Shown here: positions 9,340-18,816 of the stretch, piece by piece
How positions within the stretch are numbered: the first letter of the stretch is position 1
Layout of the letters: each line of letters begins with the position of its first letter
DNA from: Planctomycetota bacterium
GTDB lineage: Bacteria > Planctomycetota > UBA8108 > SXIK01
DNA: 64,000 nucleotides
Direction of reading: 5' to 3'
NCBI GenBank assembly: GCA_965223265.1
Contig: OZ244999.1
Span: 96,001-160,000, forward strand
The notes under the pieces: generated by a model
Database searches by the model: none
The model's input: the letters and a program-made list of their open reading frames with translations, nothing else
What the model was told of the DNA's origin: nothing
Made by a program: the position numbers and the translations under genes

Positions 9340-9682
9340 TTGGTTAGCATGTGAACCCGTAGCCCCTCGCGCCGCCGAAAGGTGGCGGGCGTCGCCCTTC
9401 GTTGACTTGGTTTTCTTAGGTTCAAGTCTTCTCCAGAAGAAGTTTCTAACCGCAGAGTTGGGCAGTCAAAGATCCGGAGCGTTCCGCCTGGGGTGACCAA
9501 CCTCTGGACGCGACGTCGAGTTTCGGATTGGCGTTGAACACCCGCTCGCTGGCACGGTATTCGCCTTCCAGCTGGTTTTACGTCGACGCGTGGCCACAGC
9601 GGCGTCGGCACGCGAATTGCATTCCCTCCTTTCGCTGTAGGTCGAGAGCTTGTTGAGCGTTCGAGAAGGAGAGGGAAAGCTG

Positions 9683-11149
9683 GTGAAGGTGCTTCTGTCA
9701 CTCTTTGTCTTTGCGTCGTTGATCCAATGTGGGCTTCTCACAGCAGCCGAGACGGTTCGCATCACGACGAGCCAAGTCACCGTCCGCACCGGCCCCGACT
9801 CCGCCTACGCCGCTCTCGGAACAGTGAACGGTGGTGAGATCTACGTCGCCACGGAAGAGTCTGCCGGGTACCACAGAATCTGGTTCAACCGCTCTGAGGG
9901 TTGGATCCACGCGAGCCACGCCGAGCCGACGACATCTTTGTACGACGACGTTCACCGCGGCACGAACGTCCGCAGCGGCCCGAGCACGTCGTACTCCAAG
10001 GTCGGATACGCCAAGGTTGGCTCGAAGTGGGCCGTCGCGACGACGTCGAGCTCTGGAAACTGGCACATGATCTACTACGAGGGTCAGGCGTGCTGGTTCT
10101 ACGCCAGCGGTCGAGCAGACACTTTCGAGCACGTGGTCGCTGGGGATACGCTGGTCACCGCCGACGAGCCTGTGGGCATCACGTCGCCCCTGGCCGTCGT
10201 GCGTGAGGGGCCAGGACTGCACTACGACGAGATCGGCACCGCGCTCCAAGGCCAAGTCTACGTCTCGACGGAGTCGCTCGCCGGTTGGCGTAAGATCTGG
10301 TTCTCCCGTGAGAGCGGCTGGATCGCTGAGTTCGAGATGGCCGTTCAGAGCGCCGAATATGACGTCGTCGACTGGGAGTGGCTCAACGTCCGCACCGGCC
10401 CCGGGACAGAGCACGAAAAGATCACGAGCGTGCCCGCCGGATCCAAGTTTGTCAGCGCTGCGTACATAGGATCCTGGCACCAAATTTACTTTGCCGGCGA
10501 CCTCCGCTGGTTCTCCGGTGTTGGCGTGACGACCTTCGACTTCTCGATCGACGGCGTTTCGCCCAGCCCGACCTCGTCGAGCGTCGGCTTCGTCAAACTG
10601 CCTGCCAGTGGCCCCGGTTTTCTTCGCCGCTGCGGAGCGAACAATCCGGACCACGCGTGGGGAGACGCGCTGCTCGTCAATGGGTTCATCGCTGCCGCTG
10701 CTGACTGGGCTGCGACGTACCCGGACCGTCCGAGAATCCGAGTCGGCGATCTCAGCCTTCCGGGCGGCGGCCCTTTCGTCGAGAGCGATCAGGCCTATCA
10801 CGTCACGCACCAGCACGGCACGGACGTGGACCTCTTTCTTCTTCGCAGTGACGACTCCGATCTCGGCGCCGCGGACGTCTACGACGCCGCTTACTCGTCC
10901 GAGCGCACCCGCGAGTGGATCACCGACTTTCTTGCTGTACACCTCCCACAGGTCGAGACGCACGGAATCCTGCTCAGCGATCCGAATATCTTCGGAACGA
11001 TCACGACCGTCTCTTCGACTGCTGTGTGTCCTGGCGAGGGCTGCGCGCTCGACGAAAACGGCGCCCACCTTGTACCATCGAGTGATGGCGTGCCGTTCGT
11101 GCGGTGTAACCCTGGCCATCACGATCACATGCACGTCAACATCGACTGA
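9683..11149 (+). CDS. Secreted protein with four SH3b-like domains and a C-terminal MepA-like (penicillin-insensitive murein endopeptidase, LAS) domain
   Basis: Signal peptide. Four (N/T/V)VR(T/S/E)GP motifs. VGDLSLPGGG...HVTHQHGTDVD...HHDHMHV zinc-peptidase motifs. GTG start after a GGAGAGGG RBS. Confidence 0.8.
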   Translation: MKVLLSLFVFASLIQCGLLTAAETVRITTSQVTVRTGPDSAYAALGTVNGGEIYVATEESAGYHRIWFNRSEGWIHASHAEPTTSLYDDVHRGTNVRSGPSTSYSKVGYAKVGSKWAVATTSSSGNWHMIYYEGQACWFYASGRADTFEHVVAGDTLVTADEPVGITSPLAVVREGPGLHYDEIGTALQGQVYVSTESLAGWRKIWFSRESGWIAEFEMAVQSAEYDVVDWEWLNVRTGPGTEHEKITSVPAGSKFVSAAYIGSWHQIYFAGDLRWFSGVGVTTFDFSIDGVSPSPTSSSVGFVKLPASGPGFLRRCGANNPDHAWGDALLVNGFIAAAADWAATYPDRPRIRVGDLSLPGGGPFVESDQAYHVTHQHGTDVDLFLLRSDDSDLGAADVYDAAYSSERTREWITDFLAVHLPQVETHGILLSDPNIFGTITTVSSTAVCPGEGCALDENGAHLVPSSDGVPFVRCNPGHHDHMHVNID

Positions 11150-11224
11150 GTCCGCGAGCCTCCCCGGCACCATCGCGCACCTTGAACATCTCGAGTTGGC
11201 GCGCGCAGCGAAAGGTCGCCGCTC

Positions 11225-12325
11225 ATGAGTCGTGGAGCTATTTGGGCCGTGTGTGGGCTACTCGGGGTGACCTTTTGCGCCGGAGTCTGGATCGGGAGCA
11301 CAATGGACGCCCCTGCTGAGGCTACAGTCTCCTCGGGGCAGCGCGAAGCGGCGTACCGAGATCCGACCGCCCGCGATCTTGAACGCGCCCTCGCGCGGAC
11401 TCAGCTTGAGGCGGAGCGACTCAAAGCTGCCCTCGCCCACGAGGTGCGCGCTCGTGTCCGCGACCAAGTGGCGCGGCGCGCGGAGGAGGAACCGCGGGCC
11501 ACTGATTCGCTCGCCGCGTCGCAGCTCACGGACCTGCAGCTCGAAGAGTTGCCCCTCGCCGCTCTCCTCGAGACGCGCCGCGAGTTGGGCGACGACCATC
11601 TCGACGAATCGGTGATTCTCGACCACGTGCTTCGCGAGCGCATGGCGCAAGACCCGGACGTCTTGGCGGCAGTCTTGGATCGATTCGCCACGAATCCTGA
11701 CGACCATCTCGTCGCCCTCCTCGGGTCGTTTCCACACCCGGACACCGAACGTCTCGCAGTTGACCTCGCGGCTTCAACCGACCCGGCGGCGCGGCTGGCA
11801 GCATATGATCTGCTCGACCACTTCGAGCATGTCTCGCCAACAACGCACGCTGCGCTCCTCGATCAACTTGAGGTCGAGCAGAGTAGCGATGTCATAGCTG
11901 CGGCTCTCTACGCGCTACCGCATGGGGTGGTGCCTCCGGATCTGAATCGCCGTACCCGAGAGATCCTTCACCGGGCTGCAGCGAACTCCGAGGCGCAAGT
12001 CAGAGCGCGTGCAGCGATCGTGCTCGGCATGGGACCCGTGGGCGACGGCGATCTCGACGTCCTACTGAGCGGCGTGACGGACCCCGCGATCGAAGCCCGT
12101 GTCAGTGCGATCGCGGCGCTGCGAAACTATCGTGGCAGTCAAGCGTCGAGCGTCAAGGCGGCGCTCAGGGCGCGCATGAACGATGCCCTTGAGGCGCCGT
12201 CGGTGCGCCGTGCTGCGTGGACGATGTTGGCGTCGTTCACGCTGGCTCAGGAAGAGTACGACGAGTGGAAGACGCTCAAGCACGCGTTGGATGCCGAAGG
12301 CGAAGCCGCAGCAGATGGTCGCTGA
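11225..12325 (+). CDS. Membrane-anchored HEAT-repeat protein
   Basis: N-terminal hydrophobic helix, coiled coil, and repeated D-P/S-xx-(V/A)R-xx-A HEAT-like motifs. Confidence 0.65.
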   Translation: MSRGAIWAVCGLLGVTFCAGVWIGSTMDAPAEATVSSGQREAAYRDPTARDLERALARTQLEAERLKAALAHEVRARVRDQVARRAEEEPRATDSLAASQLTDLQLEELPLAALLETRRELGDDHLDESVILDHVLRERMAQDPDVLAAVLDRFATNPDDHLVALLGSFPHPDTERLAVDLAASTDPAARLAAYDLLDHFEHVSPTTHAALLDQLEVEQSSDVIAAALYALPHGVVPPDLNRRTREILHRAAANSEAQVRARAAIVLGMGPVGDGDLDVLLSGVTDPAIEARVSAIAALRNYRGSQASSVKAALRARMNDALEAPSVRRAAWTMLASFTLAQEEYDEWKTLKHALDAEGEAAADGR

Positions 12326-12407
12326 TTGCGTACGGTCTGAAGAGGAAGGCATTTGAACAGAAGCAACGAAGTGGAGAGGGTTCGGAGTGCTATTCGAGAA
12401 CGCGGCC

Positions 12408-12764
12408 TCAATCTCCCGGCTTCTGACTGAGATACTCCTGGAGCGCCATCGCATTGTTGTACTCCGATTCCTTGGCACCAAAGAGCAGCGTAACGTCTCC
12501 CGCCTGTGTCAAGGTGAGTAGAGCCTCAACTGCCTCTGGGTTCGCGTCGAGCTCGGCGAAATAGCGTCCTTTGAACTCGTCCCATTTGGCTGCATCGTGA
12601 TCGAACCAACGCCGCAGCTCGTGGCTTGGGGCGACTTCCTTCAGCCAATGGTCGACACCGGCGCGTTCCTTGCTGACGCCGCGCGGCCACAAACGGTCAA
12701 CGAGAACGCGGGCGGAACCATCGTCACGGCGTTCGTCATAGATGCGTTGAACTTGGACCGTCAT
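12408..12764 (-). CDS. DUF488 family protein (YeaO-like)
   Basis: RVLVDRLWPRGVSKE, WLKEVAPSHELRRWFDHD, YNNAMAL. Confidence 0.9.
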   Translation of the reverse strand: MTVQVQRIYDERRDDGSARVLVDRLWPRGVSKERAGVDHWLKEVAPSHELRRWFDHDAAKWDEFKGRYFAELDANPEAVEALLTLTQAGDVTLLFGAKESEYNNAMALQEYLSQKPGD

Positions 12765-12776
12765 GCGAAGCGAGCC

Positions 12777-14438
12777 TCATCGCCGCGAACGTCGCAGCCA
12801 TCCGAGCACGGGTGGCCCGAGCCAAATCGCGAGCGTCACGACGCCGAGCACAGCGGCGATCGGACGTGCGAAAAACTGTAGTAGAGAATCGGACTTGGTG
12901 AGGTTCTGGATGAAATACTCCTCGAGCCGACCGCCGAGCAGGAGAGCCAGTACAACGGGGCCGAGAGGGAGGCCCCAGCGCTCAAAGAGGAAGCCAAGTA
13001 CACCCATCGCCAGCATGATCCAAACATCGGCGTAGCTGCCGTTGAGCGCGTAGGCACCCACGATGCAGAAAAGAAGGATCGTCGGCAAAAGGATGCGTCG
13101 TGGCACCCGCACGAGAAACCTCCCGCTACTGACCGCGAGTAGGCCAAGAGGGATGAGCAGGATGTTTGCCAGGATGAACGTGAGGTAGATGCTGTAGACC
13201 AAGGCGCTTTGGTTAGTGAAGATCTCCGGACCGGGAGCGACGTTCTTCATCAGTAGGACACCGATGACGATCGCTGTGATCGAGTCTCCCGGAATGCCGA
13301 AAACAAGGGTCGGCACCCAGGCGCCAGCTAGCGCGGCGTTGTTGGCGCTGGTGGCGTCAGCGAGCCCTTCGGTGGCTTCATCGTCGCTGGTTGATGGAGT
13401 GTCGCTTCCTCGGAGAGCGGGGGCCTCCATCGACGCAGCGGCAGCGTCAGGAGCCGTGACGTTGGGAGCAGCGGCGCTGTGATCGTCTGTGCTGTCACTT
13501 GCCTCGTGCGAATCGCTTGGTGGCCCTTTTCGAGCGCCGCGTTTCGACACGCCGTACGAAATCCACGCGCCGATGTCCGCGCCCGCGCCGGGGAGCATGC
13601 CGACGAACGAACCGATCAAGCTGCTGCGCAGCGCCGCGGCCTTTCGGCGCAGGAGCATCGGTAGGGCACCCGCACACATCGTCTTGAACGGATGAGCAAT
13701 GAAGCTCAAACGACTCTTTCCTATATCTGGCGCCGCGGTTTCGATCGCATGGCGCAGGCTTCCTTTGCCGCGCGCGACGTTGCGCAGGACCTCGGAGACG
13801 CCGAAGAGTCCGATCAGTGCGGGGATGAAGTTGATGCCGGTCAGCAGCTCGTCGCGACCGACCGTAAAGCGTGGCGTGCTATGGACGGCGCTGAGGCCAA
13901 CTGTCGAAAGGAGGAGACCAGCGATGAGCGCGAGCGCTCCCTTCAGCCGCGAGCCACGCGAGACGACCGCAGCGCAGCTCAGGCCCAAAAGCGTCAGCCA
14001 AAAATACTCATACGTTGAGAAGTAGAAAGCGATTTTAGCGAGCTGCGGCGCCAGGGTGATGAGGAGAATAATCCCGACGAAGCCGCCTGCGACACTAAAA
14101 AGGAGCGCCGTGCTGAGAGCCTCGGCAGATTTCCCTTTACGCGTTAGCGCGTAAGCGTCGTCGGCATATGCGGCCGACGACGGCGTGCCCGGGATGCGGA
14201 GCAAGACGGTGGGGATGTCGCCGGCGAAGATCGCGCACGCCTCGAGCGTGACGATGGCGGCGATGGCGGGAACCTCATCGAGAAAAAACGTCAGCGGCAC
14301 GAGGAGCGCCACCGCCATCGTCGCGGTCAGCCCTGGGATCGAACCGACGACCAGCCCGTAAATCGCGGCGAGGACGATGACCGTAAGAACAAAGGGGTCG
14401 AAGACGTTGCTGAAAGCTTCGGCGACAGCGTTAGACAT
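12777..14438 (-). CDS. tctA: Tripartite tricarboxylate transporter permease TctA
   Basis: GSIPGLTATMAVALL, RIPGTPSSAA, LPGAGA, FGIPGD. Contains a low-complexity insertion. Confidence 0.9.
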   Translation of the reverse strand: MSNAVAEAFSNVFDPFVLTVIVLAAIYGLVVGSIPGLTATMAVALLVPLTFFLDEVPAIAAIVTLEACAIFAGDIPTVLLRIPGTPSSAAYADDAYALTRKGKSAEALSTALLFSVAGGFVGIILLITLAPQLAKIAFYFSTYEYFWLTLLGLSCAAVVSRGSRLKGALALIAGLLLSTVGLSAVHSTPRFTVGRDELLTGINFIPALIGLFGVSEVLRNVARGKGSLRHAIETAAPDIGKSRLSFIAHPFKTMCAGALPMLLRRKAAALRSSLIGSFVGMLPGAGADIGAWISYGVSKRGARKGPPSDSHEASDSTDDHSAAAPNVTAPDAAAASMEAPALRGSDTPSTSDDEATEGLADATSANNAALAGAWVPTLVFGIPGDSITAIVIGVLLMKNVAPGPEIFTNQSALVYSIYLTFILANILLIPLGLLAVSSGRFLVRVPRRILLPTILLFCIVGAYALNGSYADVWIMLAMGVLGFLFERWGLPLGPVVLALLLGGRLEEYFIQNLTKSDSLLQFFARPIAAVLGVVTLAIWLGPPVLGWLRRSRR

Positions 14439-14450
14439 CGATCCGACTCC

Positions 14451-15815
14451 TCACCACCCCAAATAGCCTCTCGGCAGCGACACACGCAGGAGGTGGACAA
14501 AAACATGGTAGAGGAGCGGTACGACGACCAGCGTGACGAGCACTGCCGGCACGAGTCGGGTGCCGAGCCGCCAAAGGAGAATCAAGAGTAGGCCAGTCGC
14601 CGCCAGGATGAATCCGACGGTTTCGACGCAAAGGAGGAACACCACCACGCAGGCGATGACCAAGGCGATCTGACTGGCACCCTCTTTGGAAATCGTCGCT
14701 GGAGTACGAGGCGCTTGCGGTGGCGCATCTGTGGCTGCTGTTGACCGCCGGCGTTTGATCGCGCTGGCTCCCAACAAAACGACCAGGATCCCGATCAGAA
14801 GGAACGGGAAGTCGTACGGCCGAAATTTGTCGGTGAGCAAGGCGGAGAACTCATCGCTCGTGATCAGCGCACCTAAATCCTTATCGGCGCGGCCGAGGAG
14901 ATCGCGAAAATCTTCCGGTCCGAGCCACGTTGCGCCGAACCCTTCGCGCTCCATGAAAGCGGGAAAGCTTTCGCCGCGGATCTTCGTCTTACCAGTGACG
15001 ATGTTTTCGAAAGCGCTGACAAGGCGCGCAGTGATCTTCTCATCGACGTCGAGCGGTAGTGCTATTCCGCGCCAACCACCGAGGGACCAATCCACGCCTT
15101 GCTCGCGGAAGGTCGGTACGTTCGGGCGCGCCGCGAGTCGTTCCTCAGCCATAATGCCGAGGCAGCGAATCTCGCCCGTGCCAAGGAGAGCACGCGCTTC
15201 GGGTATGCTGCAGCAGACCGTGTCCACCCCGCCGCTGGCAAGGTCTTGAAGGGACGGAGCCGAACCTTTGGAAGGGACCCACGTGATGTCGGTCGGTTCG
15301 AGGCCCGCGGTGCGCAGATAGCCCGCGAGCGCCAGGTGCCAAATGCCGCAGGTCGCCGTGCCCGACGACGTGAGTTTGCCTGGCTGCGCGCGCACGGCTG
15401 CGGTGAGATCGGCGACGCTTTGCCACGGTGAGTCCTTGCGCACAAACACAGCTGCGGCGTCGCTGTTGACGAGCATGATCGGCGTGTAGTCTTCCCACGA
15501 GATTCTCGTTAGGTGCCGCCAGCGCAGAATGTTGATCTCTGCGGTGATGGTCCCGAGGGTGTAGCCGTCGGGTTTGGCGTTCGCAATGCGGCTGTGCCCC
15601 GTGACTCCGGCCCCGCCCGTGGCGTTGATGACGTTGACGGGCACACCGAGTTCCAGCTCGAGAAACGCGCCCACCTGACGTGAGACACGGTCGGTGCCAC
15701 CACCCACCGCCCATGGGCAGATGAGGAGGAGCGGATGGTCCGGCCACTCCTTTTCAGCATTGCAACCGAGCTGGAGACAGATGAGGAGTGTGAGGAGCGA
15801 GGCGGACGTACGCAT
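14451..15815 (-). CDS. TctC (Bug) substrate-binding protein fused to a C-terminal TctB-like membrane domain
   Basis: Lipoprotein-like signal (LQLGC). CPWAVGGGTD, VINATGGAGVTG, KPDGYTL. C-terminal P-x-x-FP plus four TM helices ending LLRVSLPRG. Confidence 0.85.
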   Translation of the reverse strand: MRTSASLLTLLICLQLGCNAEKEWPDHPLLLICPWAVGGGTDRVSRQVGAFLELELGVPVNVINATGGAGVTGHSRIANAKPDGYTLGTITAEINILRWRHLTRISWEDYTPIMLVNSDAAAVFVRKDSPWQSVADLTAAVRAQPGKLTSSGTATCGIWHLALAGYLRTAGLEPTDITWVPSKGSAPSLQDLASGGVDTVCCSIPEARALLGTGEIRCLGIMAEERLAARPNVPTFREQGVDWSLGGWRGIALPLDVDEKITARLVSAFENIVTGKTKIRGESFPAFMEREGFGATWLGPEDFRDLLGRADKDLGALITSDEFSALLTDKFRPYDFPFLLIGILVVLLGASAIKRRRSTAATDAPPQAPRTPATISKEGASQIALVIACVVVFLLCVETVGFILAATGLLLILLWRLGTRLVPAVLVTLVVVPLLYHVFVHLLRVSLPRGYLGW

Positions 15816-15863
15816 GGCCGCCCATGGTAGTCGACCTGCACGCAGAGTTGAAGGGTGCTGCCG

Positions 15864-17183
15864 CTACACCGTGTGGGTCGTCTTCCATTCTCCCCACTGC
15901 GCTGACGACCGCGCTGGGGTCAGAAGCGTTCTGATGAGAGTTCCGTAGCGCTTCTCGACGTCGCTTTCGACGCCAACGCCGCGGCCGGCGAGATATTCGG
16001 CCCCGAAGTCCGCGAAACAGTTGCCGTGGCCTGAGAGTCCGGCGATACCGTGAATGCGCCGCTCGCGGTCAAACTCGCCGAGCATAGGCAGCTCGTCGCG
16101 CGTGAACGATTGCAGTCCGCCCCAGCGATGTGTCACGCGAACGCCGTGGAGGTGTGGGAAGAACTTCGAGAACTGTGCGTCAAGTCGCGCCTGGTGTCTC
16201 GCCGATGGGTTAAAGCCCTCGCTCTCGAGCTGAGGATGCGGTTCACCGCTGCACGTGTACTGTGGGAAGAGGCTGTCGGGCTCGTCACGCCTGCGGCCAC
16301 CGCCGAACAGGAGTCTGTAGCGCCCGTCGCCAGCGATGATCTCCCGCCACCAAGCCAGAGCGCCGCCATGACAGCCGCGGCATGGTCGCTCGCGGAGGGG
16401 CTCCGTGACGAATACTTGCCCGCGTTCGGCACGCAGGCCGCGCTCGAGTCGTGGGACGATCTGTGGCGCCAGAGCGTTCGTCGCCAGAAAGACTGAATCC
16501 GCCGTCACGTTCGCGGCTTCAGTCCGCACTCTCACCCCGGCTGGCTGTGCGTCCACGCCCACCACTCGCGCACCTTCGAACAGCTGAACGGTCGGCAACT
16601 GAGAGACGCCGGCGGCCAGGCCGACCACGAACTTCCCAGAGTGAAACTGCGCCGCATCGAGGTAGCCGAGTGCCAGCTGCGGAAAAGCGCTTCCCGAGCG
16701 CTCCCGGACTTCGTCAGCGTCGACCAGCTCGACGTTGAAACCGTCTTCGCGCAACAGATCGTGGTCGCTTCGATGCGTCGCAGCAAGACCGCCGGGGTCG
16801 TCGTCGTCCGGTCGTACGAACGAGAAGCATCCCGACGCTTCAAAGTCACAGTCGATTGAGTACTCCTCGATCTGTTCGCGCACGGCTGCCACGCCCTCGA
16901 GACCGATCGTCCAAAGCTGTCTCGCCGTGCCGCGCGTGTAGCGCGCGATCGAGGTGGCATACGACCCATGATCGTGCGTCATGCAGCCCTGATTGCGTCC
17001 CGAGGCACCTTCGCCGACTCGGCGAGCCTCAAGAATCACGACGGAGACGCCGAGGCGCGCTAGCGAGCGAGCCAGCTTGAGGCCACAGATGCCGGCGCCG
17101 ATGATGGCGACGTCCGCGGTGAGGTCACGCTCGAGTGTGGCGAAGTGGGGGCGGTCGAAATCGAGCCAGTAGGGGAGGGACAT
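15864..17183 (-). CDS. FAD-dependent oxidoreductase (DAO/PuuB-like family)
   Basis: DVAIIGAGICG, GASGRNQG, LATNA, HRWGG, GLSGHG. Confidence 0.85.
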   Translation of the reverse strand: MSLPYWLDFDRPHFATLERDLTADVAIIGAGICGLKLARSLARLGVSVVILEARRVGEGASGRNQGCMTHDHGSYATSIARYTRGTARQLWTIGLEGVAAVREQIEEYSIDCDFEASGCFSFVRPDDDDPGGLAATHRSDHDLLREDGFNVELVDADEVRERSGSAFPQLALGYLDAAQFHSGKFVVGLAAGVSQLPTVQLFEGARVVGVDAQPAGVRVRTEAANVTADSVFLATNALAPQIVPRLERGLRAERGQVFVTEPLRERPCRGCHGGALAWWREIIAGDGRYRLLFGGGRRRDEPDSLFPQYTCSGEPHPQLESEGFNPSARHQARLDAQFSKFFPHLHGVRVTHRWGGLQSFTRDELPMLGEFDRERRIHGIAGLSGHGNCFADFGAEYLAGRGVGVESDVEKRYGTLIRTLLTPARSSAQWGEWKTTHTV

Positions 17184-17353
17184 GCGGGGGTTCGCTTCGG
17201 GATGTGTCGGTATCCGTGAGCGTGTGCATCTTCCAAAGTAGCAGGCACACTCCGTGTACCGTCTGGACGTCGGTGAGCGAAGTATCAGGACACGTGTGCC
17301 GTCCGGCCGTGACCGTGGGTGCCTCTGCTGCAGTCTCTGTCATCTGCCTCCCC

Positions 17354-18766
17354 TCACGCGAGAATCCCAGACACTACGTCGCCGTGAACGTCCGTCAGTC
17401 GAAAGTCGCGGCCGGCATAGCGGTACGTCAGGCGTTCGTGATCGAGACCCAGCAGGTGAAGAATCGTGGCATGTAGATCGTGGATATGGACTCGGTCTTT
17501 GACTGCCGCGAAGCCGAAGTCGTCGGTTTCGCCGTAGGTCATGCCGCCGCGGACGCCGCCGCCCGCCATCCACATCGTGAAGCCGTAGTGGTTGTGGTCG
17601 CGGCCGTCCCCCCGGCCTTCGCTGAGGTCGCTCGTCGGCGTGCGGCCAAACTCGCCTCCCCAAATCACCAGAGTTTCGTCGAGGAGTCCTCGGCTCTTCA
17701 GATCCGCCAGCAGCGTCGCAATCGGTTGGTCGATGTCAGCGCAGAGGCGACGTGATTGTCGGTTGTGGTTGCGGTGGGTGTCCCACGGTTGGCCGTTGCC
17801 GTAGTAGAGCTGCACCATGCGGACACCACGCTCCACCAGACGGCGTGCCAGCAGACAACCATTGGCGAAGTGACCACTGCCGTAGGCTGCGCGCGTCCGC
17901 GTCGGCTCTTGGTTGAGGTCGAACGCTTCGGGAGCTTCCAGTTGCATGCGGAACGCCGTTTCCATCGCCTTGACGCGCGCTTCGAGCGGGTTCTCGGAGC
18001 GTCTTTCCTGCAGGTGGCGTGCGTTCAGTGCACGCATGAGTTCGAGCTGTTCGGTTTGAGTCTGCCTGTCGAGCCACGAGCTATCGAGAAACGGAATCAT
18101 CTCGCGAGGGTTGAGCTTGGAGTGGTTGATGTAGCTACCTTGATGCTCGCCCGGAAGAAAAGCGCTATTCCAAAGAATCGAAAACCGAACTGGACGTCCC
18201 GGGCACAGCACGATGTACGCCGGGAGGTTGTCGTTTTCGGTGCCGAGTCCGTAGGATAGCCACGCGCCCATGCTCGGTACGGTCGGCGTGATCGTACCGT
18301 TGTTCATGAGCAGTAGAGCCGGGCCGTGGTTCGGATTGTCCGTGTACAGCGAACGAATGACACAGATGTCATCGATTGTGCGGCTCAAGCGCGGCAAGAG
18401 TTCGCTGACTGCGACGCCGTTTTCACCGTGATGTGCGAACGCGAAGGGAGACGGCATCACGCCCGCCGTCTTGCGCTCGGTGCGGAGATTCACCGCCGCG
18501 GGTCGCTTGCCGGCGTATTTTTTGAGTCCAGGTTTCGGGTCAAAAAGGTCGCATTGAAACGGGCCGCCGTTCATGAACAGATGGATGACGCGTTTTGCGG
18601 TTGGAGCGAAGTGTGGGCGCTGGGACGCCGCGTGCAGTTCGGGGCGGAGAGCGCTCGCGAGTCCGAGCGTGCCGAGACCGCCGCCGATGGAGCGCATGAG
18701 AGCGCGGCGCGAAAGCGTCGCGCTCGACTTGAGATTTCGTAGGGAATCGATTTGATCCATCTTCAT
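17354..18766 (-). CDS. DUF1501 domain protein (Tat-type signal)
   Basis: SRRALM twin-Arg. AKRVIHLFMNGGP, LARRLVERGVR, WGGEFGRTP, GRDHN. Confidence 0.9.
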   Translation of the reverse strand: MKMDQIDSLRNLKSSATLSRRALMRSIGGGLGTLGLASALRPELHAASQRPHFAPTAKRVIHLFMNGGPFQCDLFDPKPGLKKYAGKRPAAVNLRTERKTAGVMPSPFAFAHHGENGVAVSELLPRLSRTIDDICVIRSLYTDNPNHGPALLLMNNGTITPTVPSMGAWLSYGLGTENDNLPAYIVLCPGRPVRFSILWNSAFLPGEHQGSYINHSKLNPREMIPFLDSSWLDRQTQTEQLELMRALNARHLQERRSENPLEARVKAMETAFRMQLEAPEAFDLNQEPTRTRAAYGSGHFANGCLLARRLVERGVRMVQLYYGNGQPWDTHRNHNRQSRRLCADIDQPIATLLADLKSRGLLDETLVIWGGEFGRTPTSDLSEGRGDGRDHNHYGFTMWMAGGGVRGGMTYGETDDFGFAAVKDRVHIHDLHATILHLLGLDHERLTYRYAGRDFRLTDVHGDVVSGILA

Positions 18767-18816
18767 GTGCACATTCGTCGTAGCGACGTGCGTTCGAACG
18801 ACTAAAGGAATTGCCG

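Noticed and set aside
9698-11173. 491-aa minus-strand ORF
   Set aside because: Antisense shadow of the SH3b-MepA gene, typical of high-GC codon bias.
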